Below, one piece after another: positions 9,826 to 19,020 of a stretch of DNA of 64,000 nt (positions within the stretch are counted from its first letter, which is position 1; every line of letters begins with the position of its first letter). Source of the DNA: Chitinophagaceae bacterium (GTDB taxonomy: Bacteria; Bacteroidota; Bacteroidia; Chitinophagales; Chitinophagaceae). Under the pieces are notes generated by a model. That model saw nothing but the letters and a program-made list of their open reading frames with translations, did no database searches and had not been told where the DNA came from. The stretch is from NCBI GenBank assembly GCA_036675565.1, contig JAKFER010000047.1:105756-169755 (forward strand), given 5' to 3'. A program made the translations under genes and the position numbers.

Positions 9826-10911
9826 TTAATTAGTTAGTCTGAAATTATCCAGGTAAATCGTTTCACCGGCACCGTTAGCCGCATCATTAAAACGCAATAC
9901 CAGTTGTGTAAACCTTGCAGTTGCAGGAATAGCAGCGTTTGAACTAAAATCAAATTCTAATTCTTCCCACTGCCCGGATTTTGTTATTGCTGTTTTAACT
10001 ACTGCACCCCATGGATTGGCGTCGGAAGTACCCACAGCCCATTCTAATTCAACATTCAATTTCTTGCCTACATTGGCCACATCGGGATTATAAACCATCA
10101 CTTTAATTTTTTTCCCTTGTGCAAAATTGATAGGAATATTTAAAGGACTATATGTACCACTCCATGATGGAGCACCAATGGGTTTAAAATATTTACCCAC
10201 CATATCACTGGTATTTATACCGCCTTTAGCAGGATTTGCAACTTTAGAAAACTGGACATCTCCAAAAGTTCCAAAGAAATAATCCATGGTTGGACTTTCA
10301 AATGACAATGGGAAACCAAATAGGGTTTTGGTTGCCTGTGTTGTTGCTGCGCCGCCGCTTTGTGCAACCACTTTCAATTCGTAAGGTCCACCCGCTGGAT
10401 AAATTTTCGCCGGAAGTGTTTGTCCAACCGCTAATGGAGTACCTACTTCATTAGCAACATCACCATAATAGACTAAAAATGAATTGGCATACAATGCGGA
10501 TGCACTCACCCGCATATCGCTTTCAATTTTAATTTCTAAATTTTCCGGTGCCCTGTATGTTAACTGCAATGGATATGAATTGGCAGTTGTTTTGCCGGCT
10601 ATATCCGTAGTTGTAATGTTTACAGTATAACTTCCTTCCGGATAAACATGCAATGCAGTGTGACCAGGCTTTATGGTTTCAGATGCAGAACCATGTCCAA
10701 AATCAATAGTGAATGATGATGCACCTTCACCTGTAGGCGTAATTTTTACGACACCTGAATTATCATCACTGATATCAAAAATACTTGCCAGGTTCGATGT
10801 ACTGGAAGCATTCAGAAAAGAAAGATCATCATCAATCCCTTCCTGTTTACTGCAGCTGATGGCAATAATGACCAGTAATCCTAAGCTGATTATTAAATTT
10901 ATTTTCTTCAT
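9826..10911 (-). CDS. PKD-domain plus CBM-like surface lipoprotein (candidate SGBP)
   Basis: Lipobox AISC, PKD-like repeats, and a C-terminal jelly-roll-like tail ending TIYLDNFRLTN. It lies immediately downstream of SusD. Confidence 0.6.
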   Translation of the reverse strand: MKKINLIISLGLLVIIAISCSKQEGIDDDLSFLNASSTSNLASIFDISDDNSGVVKITPTGEGASSFTIDFGHGSASETIKPGHTALHVYPEGSYTVNITTTDIAGKTTANSYPLQLTYRAPENLEIKIESDMRVSASALYANSFLVYYGDVANEVGTPLAVGQTLPAKIYPAGGPYELKVVAQSGGAATTQATKTLFGFPLSFESPTMDYFFGTFGDVQFSKVANPAKGGINTSDMVGKYFKPIGAPSWSGTYSPLNIPINFAQGKKIKVMVYNPDVANVGKKLNVELEWAVGTSDANPWGAVVKTAITKSGQWEELEFDFSSNAAIPATARFTQLVLRFNDAANGAGETIYLDNFRLTN

Positions 10912-10924
10912 TTTACTTTATTTC

Positions 10925-12442
10925 TTATTGATAATTCGGGTTTTGAACCAATAGGGTACCTTGTAATTCGTCGAAAGGAATGGGGAAGATTTCATTTTTG
11001 CCAGCTACAAATCCCCTGCTTCCTAATACCGTAGCTGCATCACCCCATCTAACTAAATCGAAAAACCGGTGACCTTCTCCAGCTAATTCCAGCCTGCGTT
11101 CTTCTTTAATGGCTGTCATAGAAACGGGTATAGATGGCAATCCAACCCTGGCCCTAACGGCATCTAACAACGCCTGTGCTCTTGTGCCAGTTCCACCCAA
11201 AGCCTCTGCTTCCATTAAATAAGTATCAGCCAAACGAATGATGTAAGTGTTTTGGCGGAAGTTTAATTCCTGTGCACCACCACCCGTTCTGACATCAGAT
11301 TGTCTTGGCAAAAATTTATTCAGAAAATACCCGGTGTTCTGGTAACCTTCAATATAATCCGCATGACCGGCAGCTTTAAGTGCTTTCAGATCGAAAACGG
11401 TCGCATTAAATCTTGGATCATTTTTGATGAAGTCATAAAAATCCTGTGTGAATACATTAAAGCTCCAGCCTGATGGAAGATCTGGTGCTGGTGAACCCGC
11501 AGGTTTTGAATAGCTTCTTGGTCCTACCATTACGTTAACGGAATTGCCTTCGTCATTGGCTCCTCCCCACCATCCCCAATCAGAATTACCTGCACTGGTA
11601 TGTGAAGCTTCCAGGATAGACTCACTGTTAAACTTATTACCCGTTACCCATAAGTCGCTAAAATTATCTAACAAGTCGTAACCATATTGGCTTGGTTGTC
11701 CCGGAACAGGTCCGTTAACTTCTGCAAATTGTGCAGCTGCCTGAGAATTCTTTCCCTGGTATAAAAGAACTTTACCTAACAATGCCTGTGCTGCTCCTTT
11801 AGTGAAACGACCTGCTTCTGTTGCAGCCGGAACAGTAGGAGGTAAAGCTGTGATTGCTTCGGTTAAATCCATTTCAATCTGTGCATACACCGCTTCGGGT
11901 GCTGCCTGTGTAACCTCGTAGATATTGGTGGCCGTCAATGGTTCTAAAAGCAATGGCACATTTTTAAACATTCTAACCAGGTTAAAATAAGATAGTGCCC
12001 TGAGTGCTTTTGCTTCAGCCTCAAACCTTGCCTTTAATGTAGCATCCATGTCTGTATCAGGTAATTTTTGCAGCAGTGTATTGGCTTTAAAAATCCCCTG
12101 GTAATGATCGTTCCAAAAACTGCCAGGCATGATCTGCGCATTCAGCGTGTAATTGGAAAATCCTTGTATGCCTGCACCATCTGTTGGTCCGCCACCACCT
12201 GCATAATGATCATCAGATCCTGCATTCATCATCGTGATCATGTTTTCAAAACCACCTGAATTTTTTCGCAGTACATCATATACGCCAACCAATGCACCAA
12301 ATGCCTGTGTTTGGTCTTTGTAATAATTCGCCGTTAGAAACTGACCCTGCGGTTCAATATCTACAAAGTCTTTGCTGCAGGATGCGAATGAGCATATCAT
12401 TGCCCCGGCAATCAGTAAATATTTATTTTTCATCATTTTCAT
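10925..12442 (-). CDS. SusD/RagB family nutrient-binding outer-membrane lipoprotein
   Basis: Lipobox FASC, TPR-like SusD signature regions (RALSYFNLVRMF; RRLELAGEGHRFFDLVRWG), and pairing with the upstream SusC. Confidence 0.9.
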   Translation of the reverse strand: MKMMKNKYLLIAGAMICSFASCSKDFVDIEPQGQFLTANYYKDQTQAFGALVGVYDVLRKNSGGFENMITMMNAGSDDHYAGGGGPTDGAGIQGFSNYTLNAQIMPGSFWNDHYQGIFKANTLLQKLPDTDMDATLKARFEAEAKALRALSYFNLVRMFKNVPLLLEPLTATNIYEVTQAAPEAVYAQIEMDLTEAITALPPTVPAATEAGRFTKGAAQALLGKVLLYQGKNSQAAAQFAEVNGPVPGQPSQYGYDLLDNFSDLWVTGNKFNSESILEASHTSAGNSDWGWWGGANDEGNSVNVMVGPRSYSKPAGSPAPDLPSGWSFNVFTQDFYDFIKNDPRFNATVFDLKALKAAGHADYIEGYQNTGYFLNKFLPRQSDVRTGGGAQELNFRQNTYIIRLADTYLMEAEALGGTGTRAQALLDAVRARVGLPSIPVSMTAIKEERRLELAGEGHRFFDLVRWGDAATVLGSRGFVAGKNEIFPIPFDELQGTLLVQNPNYQ

Positions 12443-12481
12443 TTCAATGTTTTTAAATAATTAAACTTTAATGCACCTGGT

Positions 12482-15400
12482 TTAAAAATTCAACTGTAAA
12501 CCAGCCAGGATAGAACGTGCCTGCGGATATATTCCTTTATCAATTCCAAAAACACCACCACCAATTTCTGGATCATAACCAGTGTAATCAGTTAAGGTGA
12601 ATAAATTTTCAGATGTTACATATATACGTAAACTGCTTGCACCAATTTTTGATACCAGGCTGTTGTCGAATGTGTAACCTAACTGAACAACTTTCAATCT
12701 TAAATAATCTCCTTTCTCCAAATAGAAATCAGACATGTTTCCAAAATTGCCATTTGCATCGCTGGTTGAAAGTCTTGGAAATGTATTAGATGTTCCTTCG
12801 CCGGTCCAGCGACTTAATGCTTTGGTTTGATAATTTGCATTTCCGATATCTAACCTGCGTAAACCCTGGAAAATTTTATTACCAGCTGCTCCCTGTCCAA
12901 ATACCATCACATCAAAACCTTTATAAGCAGCATTTAATGTTAAACCAAAAGTATATTTTGGAATGCTTGAACCTAAATTGGTTTTGTCATCTTCGGTAAT
13001 GGATCCATCACCATTTACATCTACCCAACGAAAATCACCAGGAACTGCTTCAGGTTGAATCATGTTACCACCTGAATTTTTGTGGTTATTGATTTCTGCC
13101 ATGTTTTGAAATATTCCGGCAGTTTTATAGCCATAGAAATAGTTGAATGGTTGTCCAACCTCAATTCTTGTTACAGCACCCATGGATTGGAAGCCTGCTC
13201 CACCAGGAATAAAGTCAGCATCAGTATCTACTAAAGTCACTTCATTTTTTAAATAAGCAACATTTCCATTAGCTGAGAAGGTAACTTCTCCAAAAGTTTT
13301 GCGATAACCTAATTCCAGTTCAACACCGCTGTTTTCCATATCTGCAATATTGCCAACAGGAGCTGATGATACACCTACATAACCCGGTATACGGATGGGC
13401 CGTAAAATGCCTGAAGTAACTTTTTTGTAAAAGTCCATGGTAATATTGAAGTTGCGTAAGAAAGTTGCATCAAAACCAATATTAGCCTGCGAAGTTTCTT
13501 CCCAACGCAAATCAGGGTTGTCAAGAGATGTTGGTGCATATCCTGTTGTTATTGTGCCGGAATTGCCAATGGTGTAATTAAATCCACCAGCAACTGTAGA
13601 AAGATAACCAAAGTCACGAATGGCATCATTACCAACAACACCATATCCACCTCTTAATTTAAATGTATTCACTACATCATTAAACGTCCAGAAATCTTCT
13701 TCAGACACATTCCATCCTAAAGAGAATGAAGGGAAATAACCATATTTGTTATTCAAACCAAACCTGGATGAACCATCCCGGCGAAGTATACCTGTAAATA
13801 AATATTTTCCCTGGAAGTTATAATTCACCCGGCCGAACAAAGAAGATAATTTATGATTGGTAAAATCATATCCTCCTGATGTTCTGTCTGCCTGTGGAAT
13901 ATCGAAGTTGAAAGAAGCATCTTCATAACTGGTAATGGGCAGGTTAAACAAAGTAATTGAAGACCCTCCGCCATTATTCTCTACATATGCTCCCTGGCCT
14001 AATAAAACACTGAAATCATGTTCGCCAAATTTTTTAGCGAATGAGATTGTATTTTCAATATTCCAGTTGAAGGTGTTATTGTTGTTTTTGCCGTAATTAT
14101 TTTTAAGTACAGAATTGGTTGAACTTAAGAAAAACACCGGTGTAAAATATTGATCGCCCCAAAATGCCAGTTTGCCACCTACAGAAGATCTAACCTTGAT
14201 TTCTTTTGTAATGGCAGCTTCTAAATAAGCATTACCAATCAAATCATCAGACCAGTTATAATTTCCTAGCCTGGTTTGGATATATGCCATTGGGTTTGTC
14301 ATTTCCTGGCCTACGATAGAAGATATACCATAAGGATTACCGTTAGCATCCCTGATCACCGGGTTTACACTGTATGGCGCTGAGTTTGCAACAACAGGAT
14401 CCGTAACGATCAATGGTGTAATAGGATCAAGATTGATTGCAGAACTTAAAGGACCACCATATTCGCTATTTGTATTACCCAGGCCAACACCTTTCTGGTG
14501 TGAGTATCCTAAGGTTTGGCCAAAGGTGAAAATATTGGAGATTTTATGGGTTGAATTTAAACGGATACTATGCCTTGTAAAATTGGAAATATCAGTAGCT
14601 ACAATTCCTTCCTGGTCCTGTAAACCAAACGAAAGGTAAAAAGTTGACCTTTCATTACCACCACTTAAACTGATTTCATGAGAGAACCTGCGGGCATTAT
14701 TATTAAAAATATGATCCTGCCAGTCCGTTCCTTTACCTAGAACACTCAGGTCCGGGAACATTATATTTCCACCACCACCAAGCGATCTTTCATTTAACAA
14801 TGCGCCATACTGCGTAGCATTTAACAGATCCAGCACTCTTGCCGGTTGCGAAACACCATAAAAACCGTTATAGCTTACATTAATCTTTCCGGCTTTACCT
14901 TTTTTGGTGGTTACCAAAATAACACCAGTGGCAGCCCTTGTTCCGTATATAGCTGCAGATGTTGCATCTTTCAAAACTTCTATAGATTCTATATCGGCTT
15001 GGTTAAGATAACCCATGGCACCCTGGTCTACAATTACACCATCAACAACCCATAACGGGTCATTGCCTCCGCCAAAAGTTGTGATACCTCTCACTCTTAT
15101 TGTTGAAGGAGCACCGGGCTGACCAGAATTCTGCAAAATGGTAACACCAGATACACGTCCCTGCAGTGCTTGTTCAATACGACCGTTCGGAACTTTTTCC
15201 AGGTCCTTAGCCCTCACACTGGAAATAGCACCTGTAACCAAACTTTTCTTTTGTGTACCGTAACCAACTACCACAACTTGTTCACCAATTGATACGGCAG
15301 GTAAAAGCTGTATAGTAATTGAAGTTTGGTCACCAATATTTACTTCTTTTTCTTCGAAACCTATATATGAGATGACTAAAATTGAATTAGGTTCTGCTTC

Positions 15401-15853
15401 AATGGTGAATTCTCCATTCGAATTTGTTTGCGTACCGTTTGTAGTACCTTTTACCAACACACTGGCACCTGCTAACGGCTGGCCCGTATCATCCGTAATC
15501 TTACCTGTAATGATAGCAGCAACGGATTCAATGGCTGCTGAGGTATTGATTACGGAAACTTCTTTTCTCTTTACGATAATTGTTTTTTCAGAAATCGTAT
15601 AATCTAACGGCTGGTTTTTAAAACAAACATTCAGCACATCTTCAACACTTGCGTTTTTTACATTAACCGAAACTCTTTTTGCTTCTTTCAATACTTCATC
15701 AGCATAAAAGAACTGGTAGCCAGTTTGTTTCCTGATCTCTTCAAAAACTTTTTGAAGAGAAATATTATTTTGATTCAAGGATACCTTTTGAGCGTAACCT
15801 TTTGCGCTTACCTGCAGGCAGGCAGCAACTAATAAAATCGTAGTGAGTTTCAT
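12482..15853 (-). CDS. SusC/RagA TonB-dependent transporter with an N-terminal STN signalling extension
   Basis: STN-like region (ISLQKVFEEIRKQTGYQFFY), carboxypeptidase-regulatory-like domain (ITGKITDD..GASVLVKGT), plug and barrel, and C-terminal ...LQLNF. I place the start at the ATG at 15853 (MKLTTILL signal). Confidence 0.9.
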   Translation of the reverse strand: MKLTTILLVAACLQVSAKGYAQKVSLNQNNISLQKVFEEIRKQTGYQFFYADEVLKEAKRVSVNVKNASVEDVLNVCFKNQPLDYTISEKTIIVKRKEVSVINTSAAIESVAAIITGKITDDTGQPLAGASVLVKGTTNGTQTNSNGEFTIEAEPNSILVISYIGFEEKEVNIGDQTSITIQLLPAVSIGEQVVVVGYGTQKKSLVTGAISSVRAKDLEKVPNGRIEQALQGRVSGVTILQNSGQPGAPSTIRVRGITTFGGGNDPLWVVDGVIVDQGAMGYLNQADIESIEVLKDATSAAIYGTRAATGVILVTTKKGKAGKINVSYNGFYGVSQPARVLDLLNATQYGALLNERSLGGGGNIMFPDLSVLGKGTDWQDHIFNNNARRFSHEISLSGGNERSTFYLSFGLQDQEGIVATDISNFTRHSIRLNSTHKISNIFTFGQTLGYSHQKGVGLGNTNSEYGGPLSSAINLDPITPLIVTDPVVANSAPYSVNPVIRDANGNPYGISSIVGQEMTNPMAYIQTRLGNYNWSDDLIGNAYLEAAITKEIKVRSSVGGKLAFWGDQYFTPVFFLSSTNSVLKNNYGKNNNNTFNWNIENTISFAKKFGEHDFSVLLGQGAYVENNGGGSSITLFNLPITSYEDASFNFDIPQADRTSGGYDFTNHKLSSLFGRVNYNFQGKYLFTGILRRDGSSRFGLNNKYGYFPSFSLGWNVSEEDFWTFNDVVNTFKLRGGYGVVGNDAIRDFGYLSTVAGGFNYTIGNSGTITTGYAPTSLDNPDLRWEETSQANIGFDATFLRNFNITMDFYKKVTSGILRPIRIPGYVGVSSAPVGNIADMENSGVELELGYRKTFGEVTFSANGNVAYLKNEVTLVDTDADFIPGGAGFQSMGAVTRIEVGQPFNYFYGYKTAGIFQNMAEINNHKNSGGNMIQPEAVPGDFRWVDVNGDGSITEDDKTNLGSSIPKYTFGLTLNAAYKGFDVMVFGQGAAGNKIFQGLRRLDIGNANYQTKALSRWTGEGTSNTFPRLSTSDANGNFGNMSDFYLEKGDYLRLKVVQLGYTFDNSLVSKIGASSLRIYVTSENLFTLTDYTGYDPEIGGGVFGIDKGIYPQARSILAGLQLNF

Positions 15854-16068
15854 GATCCGGAAGATTTTTTTATTAAAATCTACCTTTTTAAAACCCGATT
15901 TCAATTGAGCAGTTAAATACATAGTTTATTTGTTTGTATAATAATGAATGAAGTCTGGCAGTTGCCGTTTTCCGCTGCTAACGGTAATGGCAGTACGTTT
16001 TTTATGAATCGCTATCCATCCCTGCCGGATGGGAATACTGAATATTTATAAATCATAATGATTATATT

Positions 16069-17286
16069 TTAATGAGAAACAATAATTTTTCTTCCTTCAA
16101 TGGTAAAATTTACTTCACCCGTGAGCTCTAATAACTCAAACATTTTATTGGCATTTTCCGTGCGGGGAAGCTGCCCTGAAAAAGGTGTCTCTACGTAATC
16201 TTTATATACAAAGTCCACGTCATACCATCTTGACATTTGTCTTAAAATAGTTTTCAGATCGGCACTTTTATATTGAAAGCGGCCATTTTTCCAGGCTACA
16301 GCTTCTTCTGTGTCGGCATCTTCAATCACATTTATTTTACCATTCGTATTTATTCCTGCCTGTTGACCAGGTTTTAAAATCCGGGATGTTTGTTTGTCTT
16401 TGGCAGGTGATGAAACTTTCACCAATCCTTCAAGCAATGTTGTTTTTACCTGGTCCTCATCTTCGTAAGCATTTACATTAAAATGAGTCCCCAAAACCTC
16501 TATTTCAACACCCTTACCGGTTGTTGCCTGGTGTTTTACAATGAATGGCATTTTCTTTTCTTTATTCAGAAGTTGAGGAGCTACTTCAAAGTAGGCTTCG
16601 CCTGTTATTTCCACTTTGCGTTCATTACCAATAAATACAACAGGGAATCGAATGGATGATGCGGCATTTAACCAGACTTTTGAGCCATCTGATAAGGTTA
16701 CATTATACTGACCACCGCGTGGGGTTGATATTTTATTGTAAAACGCTTCATCATTTTGCGTTACCTGTTTCCCATTTACGGTATATGCCAGTAATCCATT
16801 CCTTAATTTTTGGACTTTGATATTTCCTTGTATGCCAATTGTGCCGTCTGAAGCGCTATCCAGGACAATGGTAGATCCATCGGCAAGGGTTAAAATTGCC
16901 TTGTTACCGCCAGGCGCAATGTCATTTTTAAACTGGGGTTCGCGGGGAATATTTTTTACAATTTCCTGTTTAGGCGATTTACTTAAGAATATGAAAAAGA
17001 TACTGGCGGTAACTACAGCAAATACGATTGTTGCTGCAACGCCCAATTGTAATTTGCGGCTTGGTTTTACAACTTGGCGGCCATTTTCTTTTTGTAAAGT
17101 TTCCTTTAACCTGTCCCTGATTCTTGAAGAAACCTGGAATTTGGAGTTATCACTGTTTGCGTTTACTTCAACATCTATGTCATTAAATGAATCATACCAT
17201 TTATCTAACTGGTATTTCTCTTCGGGGGTTGCAGTACCGTTTTGGAATTTTTCAATCAGTACCAGTATATTGTCTGGAATGTGCAT
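16069..17286 (-). CDS. FecR-family anti-sigma factor
   Basis: N-terminal LIEKFQNGTATPEE anti-sigma motif, a single TM segment, a FecR domain and a C-terminal DUF4974-like region. It sits between the ECF sigma gene and the STN-SusC gene. Confidence 0.85.
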   Translation of the reverse strand: MHIPDNILVLIEKFQNGTATPEEKYQLDKWYDSFNDIDVEVNANSDNSKFQVSSRIRDRLKETLQKENGRQVVKPSRKLQLGVAATIVFAVVTASIFFIFLSKSPKQEIVKNIPREPQFKNDIAPGGNKAILTLADGSTIVLDSASDGTIGIQGNIKVQKLRNGLLAYTVNGKQVTQNDEAFYNKISTPRGGQYNVTLSDGSKVWLNAASSIRFPVVFIGNERKVEITGEAYFEVAPQLLNKEKKMPFIVKHQATTGKGVEIEVLGTHFNVNAYEDEDQVKTTLLEGLVKVSSPAKDKQTSRILKPGQQAGINTNGKINVIEDADTEEAVAWKNGRFQYKSADLKTILRQMSRWYDVDFVYKDYVETPFSGQLPRTENANKMFELLELTGEVNFTIEGRKIIVSH

Positions 17287-17383
17287 ATAGGATAAGTGTG
17301 TTGAAGAACACCCAGCACCTATGCGCCATACATTTTTTTTTATTTAAGGATGTAAATATGGGAATGAGGAGGGAAGTGGCAGA

Positions 17384-17941
17384 TTAAAAGATCGAAAAGA
17401 ATGCTTTTGAAGCCAGTTTCAATTGCTTCAGTGCTTTGTTAATCTGGTTTTCAACGGTGCTTGTCGAAATGTTTAGTTTTTCGGCTATTTGCTTAACAGG
17501 CATATTTTCGTTGCGACTATAATTAAAAACCAGCCTGCATCTTTCAGGTAGCCTGTTCACTTCATTGTTCACCGTTTCTAAGATTCGTTTGTAATGCAGG
17601 GATGATTCAATAGTCATTTCAACAACCAGGGGTTGATCAAATGTGTTTTTGTATAAACGCTCTCTTTCTTTCTTTTTAATTTTATCCAGCACCATATATT
17701 TAACAGCGGTAGCTAAATAATTATCCAAAGATTCAATAGTTACTGCTTGCCTGTTTGCCCATAAGCTGGCAAATACATCATGCACAATATCTTCGGCTGT
17801 TTCTATTTCTTTCAGCCTGCAATAGGCCATAGCAAACAGTTTTTGCCAAAACCGTTCGTATAATTCTGTGAAGGCAAATTCATCATTATCAGAAAGTAAT
17901 CCTAACAGATCCTTGTTATCATATAGCTGGTACTTTCGCAT
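17384..17941 (-). CDS. ECF-type RNA polymerase sigma-70 factor
   Basis: Sigma-70 region 2 (DIVHDVFASLW) and region 4 HTH (MPVKQIAEKLNISTSTVENQ). ATG at 17941; the track's start at 17956 is a TTG. Confidence 0.85.
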   Translation of the reverse strand: MRKYQLYDNKDLLGLLSDNDEFAFTELYERFWQKLFAMAYCRLKEIETAEDIVHDVFASLWANRQAVTIESLDNYLATAVKYMVLDKIKKKERERLYKNTFDQPLVVEMTIESSLHYKRILETVNNEVNRLPERCRLVFNYSRNENMPVKQIAEKLNISTSTVENQINKALKQLKLASKAFFSIF

Positions 17942-18215
17942 TTGGGGCAATCGCAATTTTTTATAAATTACTATAAACTTTGCAAGTTAATTGAATTTGT
18001 TTTTTAATGATCAGTATTTACCCGTTTGAATTTACAGGACTTTAAACATAAATATCAACACTTAGCAGTTTCTGGCCAACGCAGTATTTACAACAGCAAA
18101 TTAAATGGATGGCTAGACAATAACCCTGATTTTAATCATAAATATTATTTCAGAAATCAGGAAAACATGATCATCCAGGATTATCGCAGATACTGATTAA
18201 AGACAGTAAAGGAGT

Positions 18216-19004
18216 TCAATTTGATGCTTTTACCTGCATAAATATCCATTCGAAAAGTTTTGGTTCTGAAAATGCAGGGTCCCAGCTGTTGTGATTGGCC
18301 TCCGGGTATAACGTAAATTTTACGTTTGCTTTTTCTTTTTTTAATGATTCAACCATTTTTTCAGAGTGGGATGGAGGTACAACATCGTCCTTTGCTCCAT
18401 GAAATATCCACCAGTTTACGTTTTTCATTTGTTTGGCCGTTTTTATATGGGCACCACCACAGATGGGAAAAGCTGCGGCAAACAAACCGGGATTACGATA
18501 AACCAGTTCAAAAGTGCCCATGCCACCCATGGATAAACCACCAACATACACTTGTTTTTTATTGACAGGATAGGTTTCCATTACATATCCTACAAGTTGG
18601 TTTAACAATTCCATGTAGCGGGTTGGTTGTTCATCTTTCACAAAATGAAAAACCCTGCTATTATCATCATGCAATCTCAATACATTACTCCAGTAACTGT
18701 TTGACCGGCATTGAGGAAAAATTACGATTGCAGGATATTTTTTCCTGATAGAATCTCTCAAAAATACTTTGGCTCCATGCACCAATTGCTTTTCATTATC
18801 GGTACCCCTTTCTCCTGCACCATGTAAAAAAAATACGACAGGGTATTTTTTTGATTGATCATAGTTTTCCGGCAATAATAAACGATAGGGTAACGTATCA
18901 CCTCCCTGTACCAGCCATTTTTTCTGGAAAAGTGAAAGATCTTGTGCAGCAACAATGACCGTTAGTGAAAGGAGAAATATTGAAGTGAATATTTTTTTTA
19001 GCAT
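18216..19004 (-). CDS. Alpha/beta-hydrolase esterase (phospholipase/carboxylesterase or prolyl-oligopeptidase-like)
   Basis: GLSMGG nucleophile elbow, a late H in NHNSWD, and a signal peptide from MLKKIFTSIFLL. The start at 19004 avoids overlapping the sulfatase stop. Confidence 0.7.
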   Translation of the reverse strand: MLKKIFTSIFLLSLTVIVAAQDLSLFQKKWLVQGGDTLPYRLLLPENYDQSKKYPVVFFLHGAGERGTDNEKQLVHGAKVFLRDSIRKKYPAIVIFPQCRSNSYWSNVLRLHDDNSRVFHFVKDEQPTRYMELLNQLVGYVMETYPVNKKQVYVGGLSMGGMGTFELVYRNPGLFAAAFPICGGAHIKTAKQMKNVNWWIFHGAKDDVVPPSHSEKMVESLKKEKANVKFTLYPEANHNSWDPAFSEPKLFEWIFMQVKASN

Positions 19005-19020
19005 GTCATCCATTTTTAAA

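Noticed and set aside
16016-16032. Small hairpin CCATCC-N5-GGATGG in the FecR-SusC spacer of PUL1 as a terminator or attenuator
   Set aside because: The stem is only 6 bp and no U-run follows on the coding (minus) strand. There is no counterpart in the PUL2 spacer.
16817-17290. 157-aa + strand ORF antisense to the FecR gene; similar long antisense ORFs occur at 19290-19805 (sulfatase), 23250-23777 (GH3) and 61128-61518 (epimerase)
   Set aside because: Each lies entirely inside a well-supported gene on the other strand. Their products are low-complexity or hydrophobic with no family resemblance. This is typical of stop-poor antisense frames.
18123-18160. CCTGATTT...AAATCAGG inverted repeat downstream of the esterase gene as the PUL2 terminator
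   Set aside because: It has an 8-bp AT-rich stem with a ~20-nt loop and no T-run on the minus strand, so support is weak.
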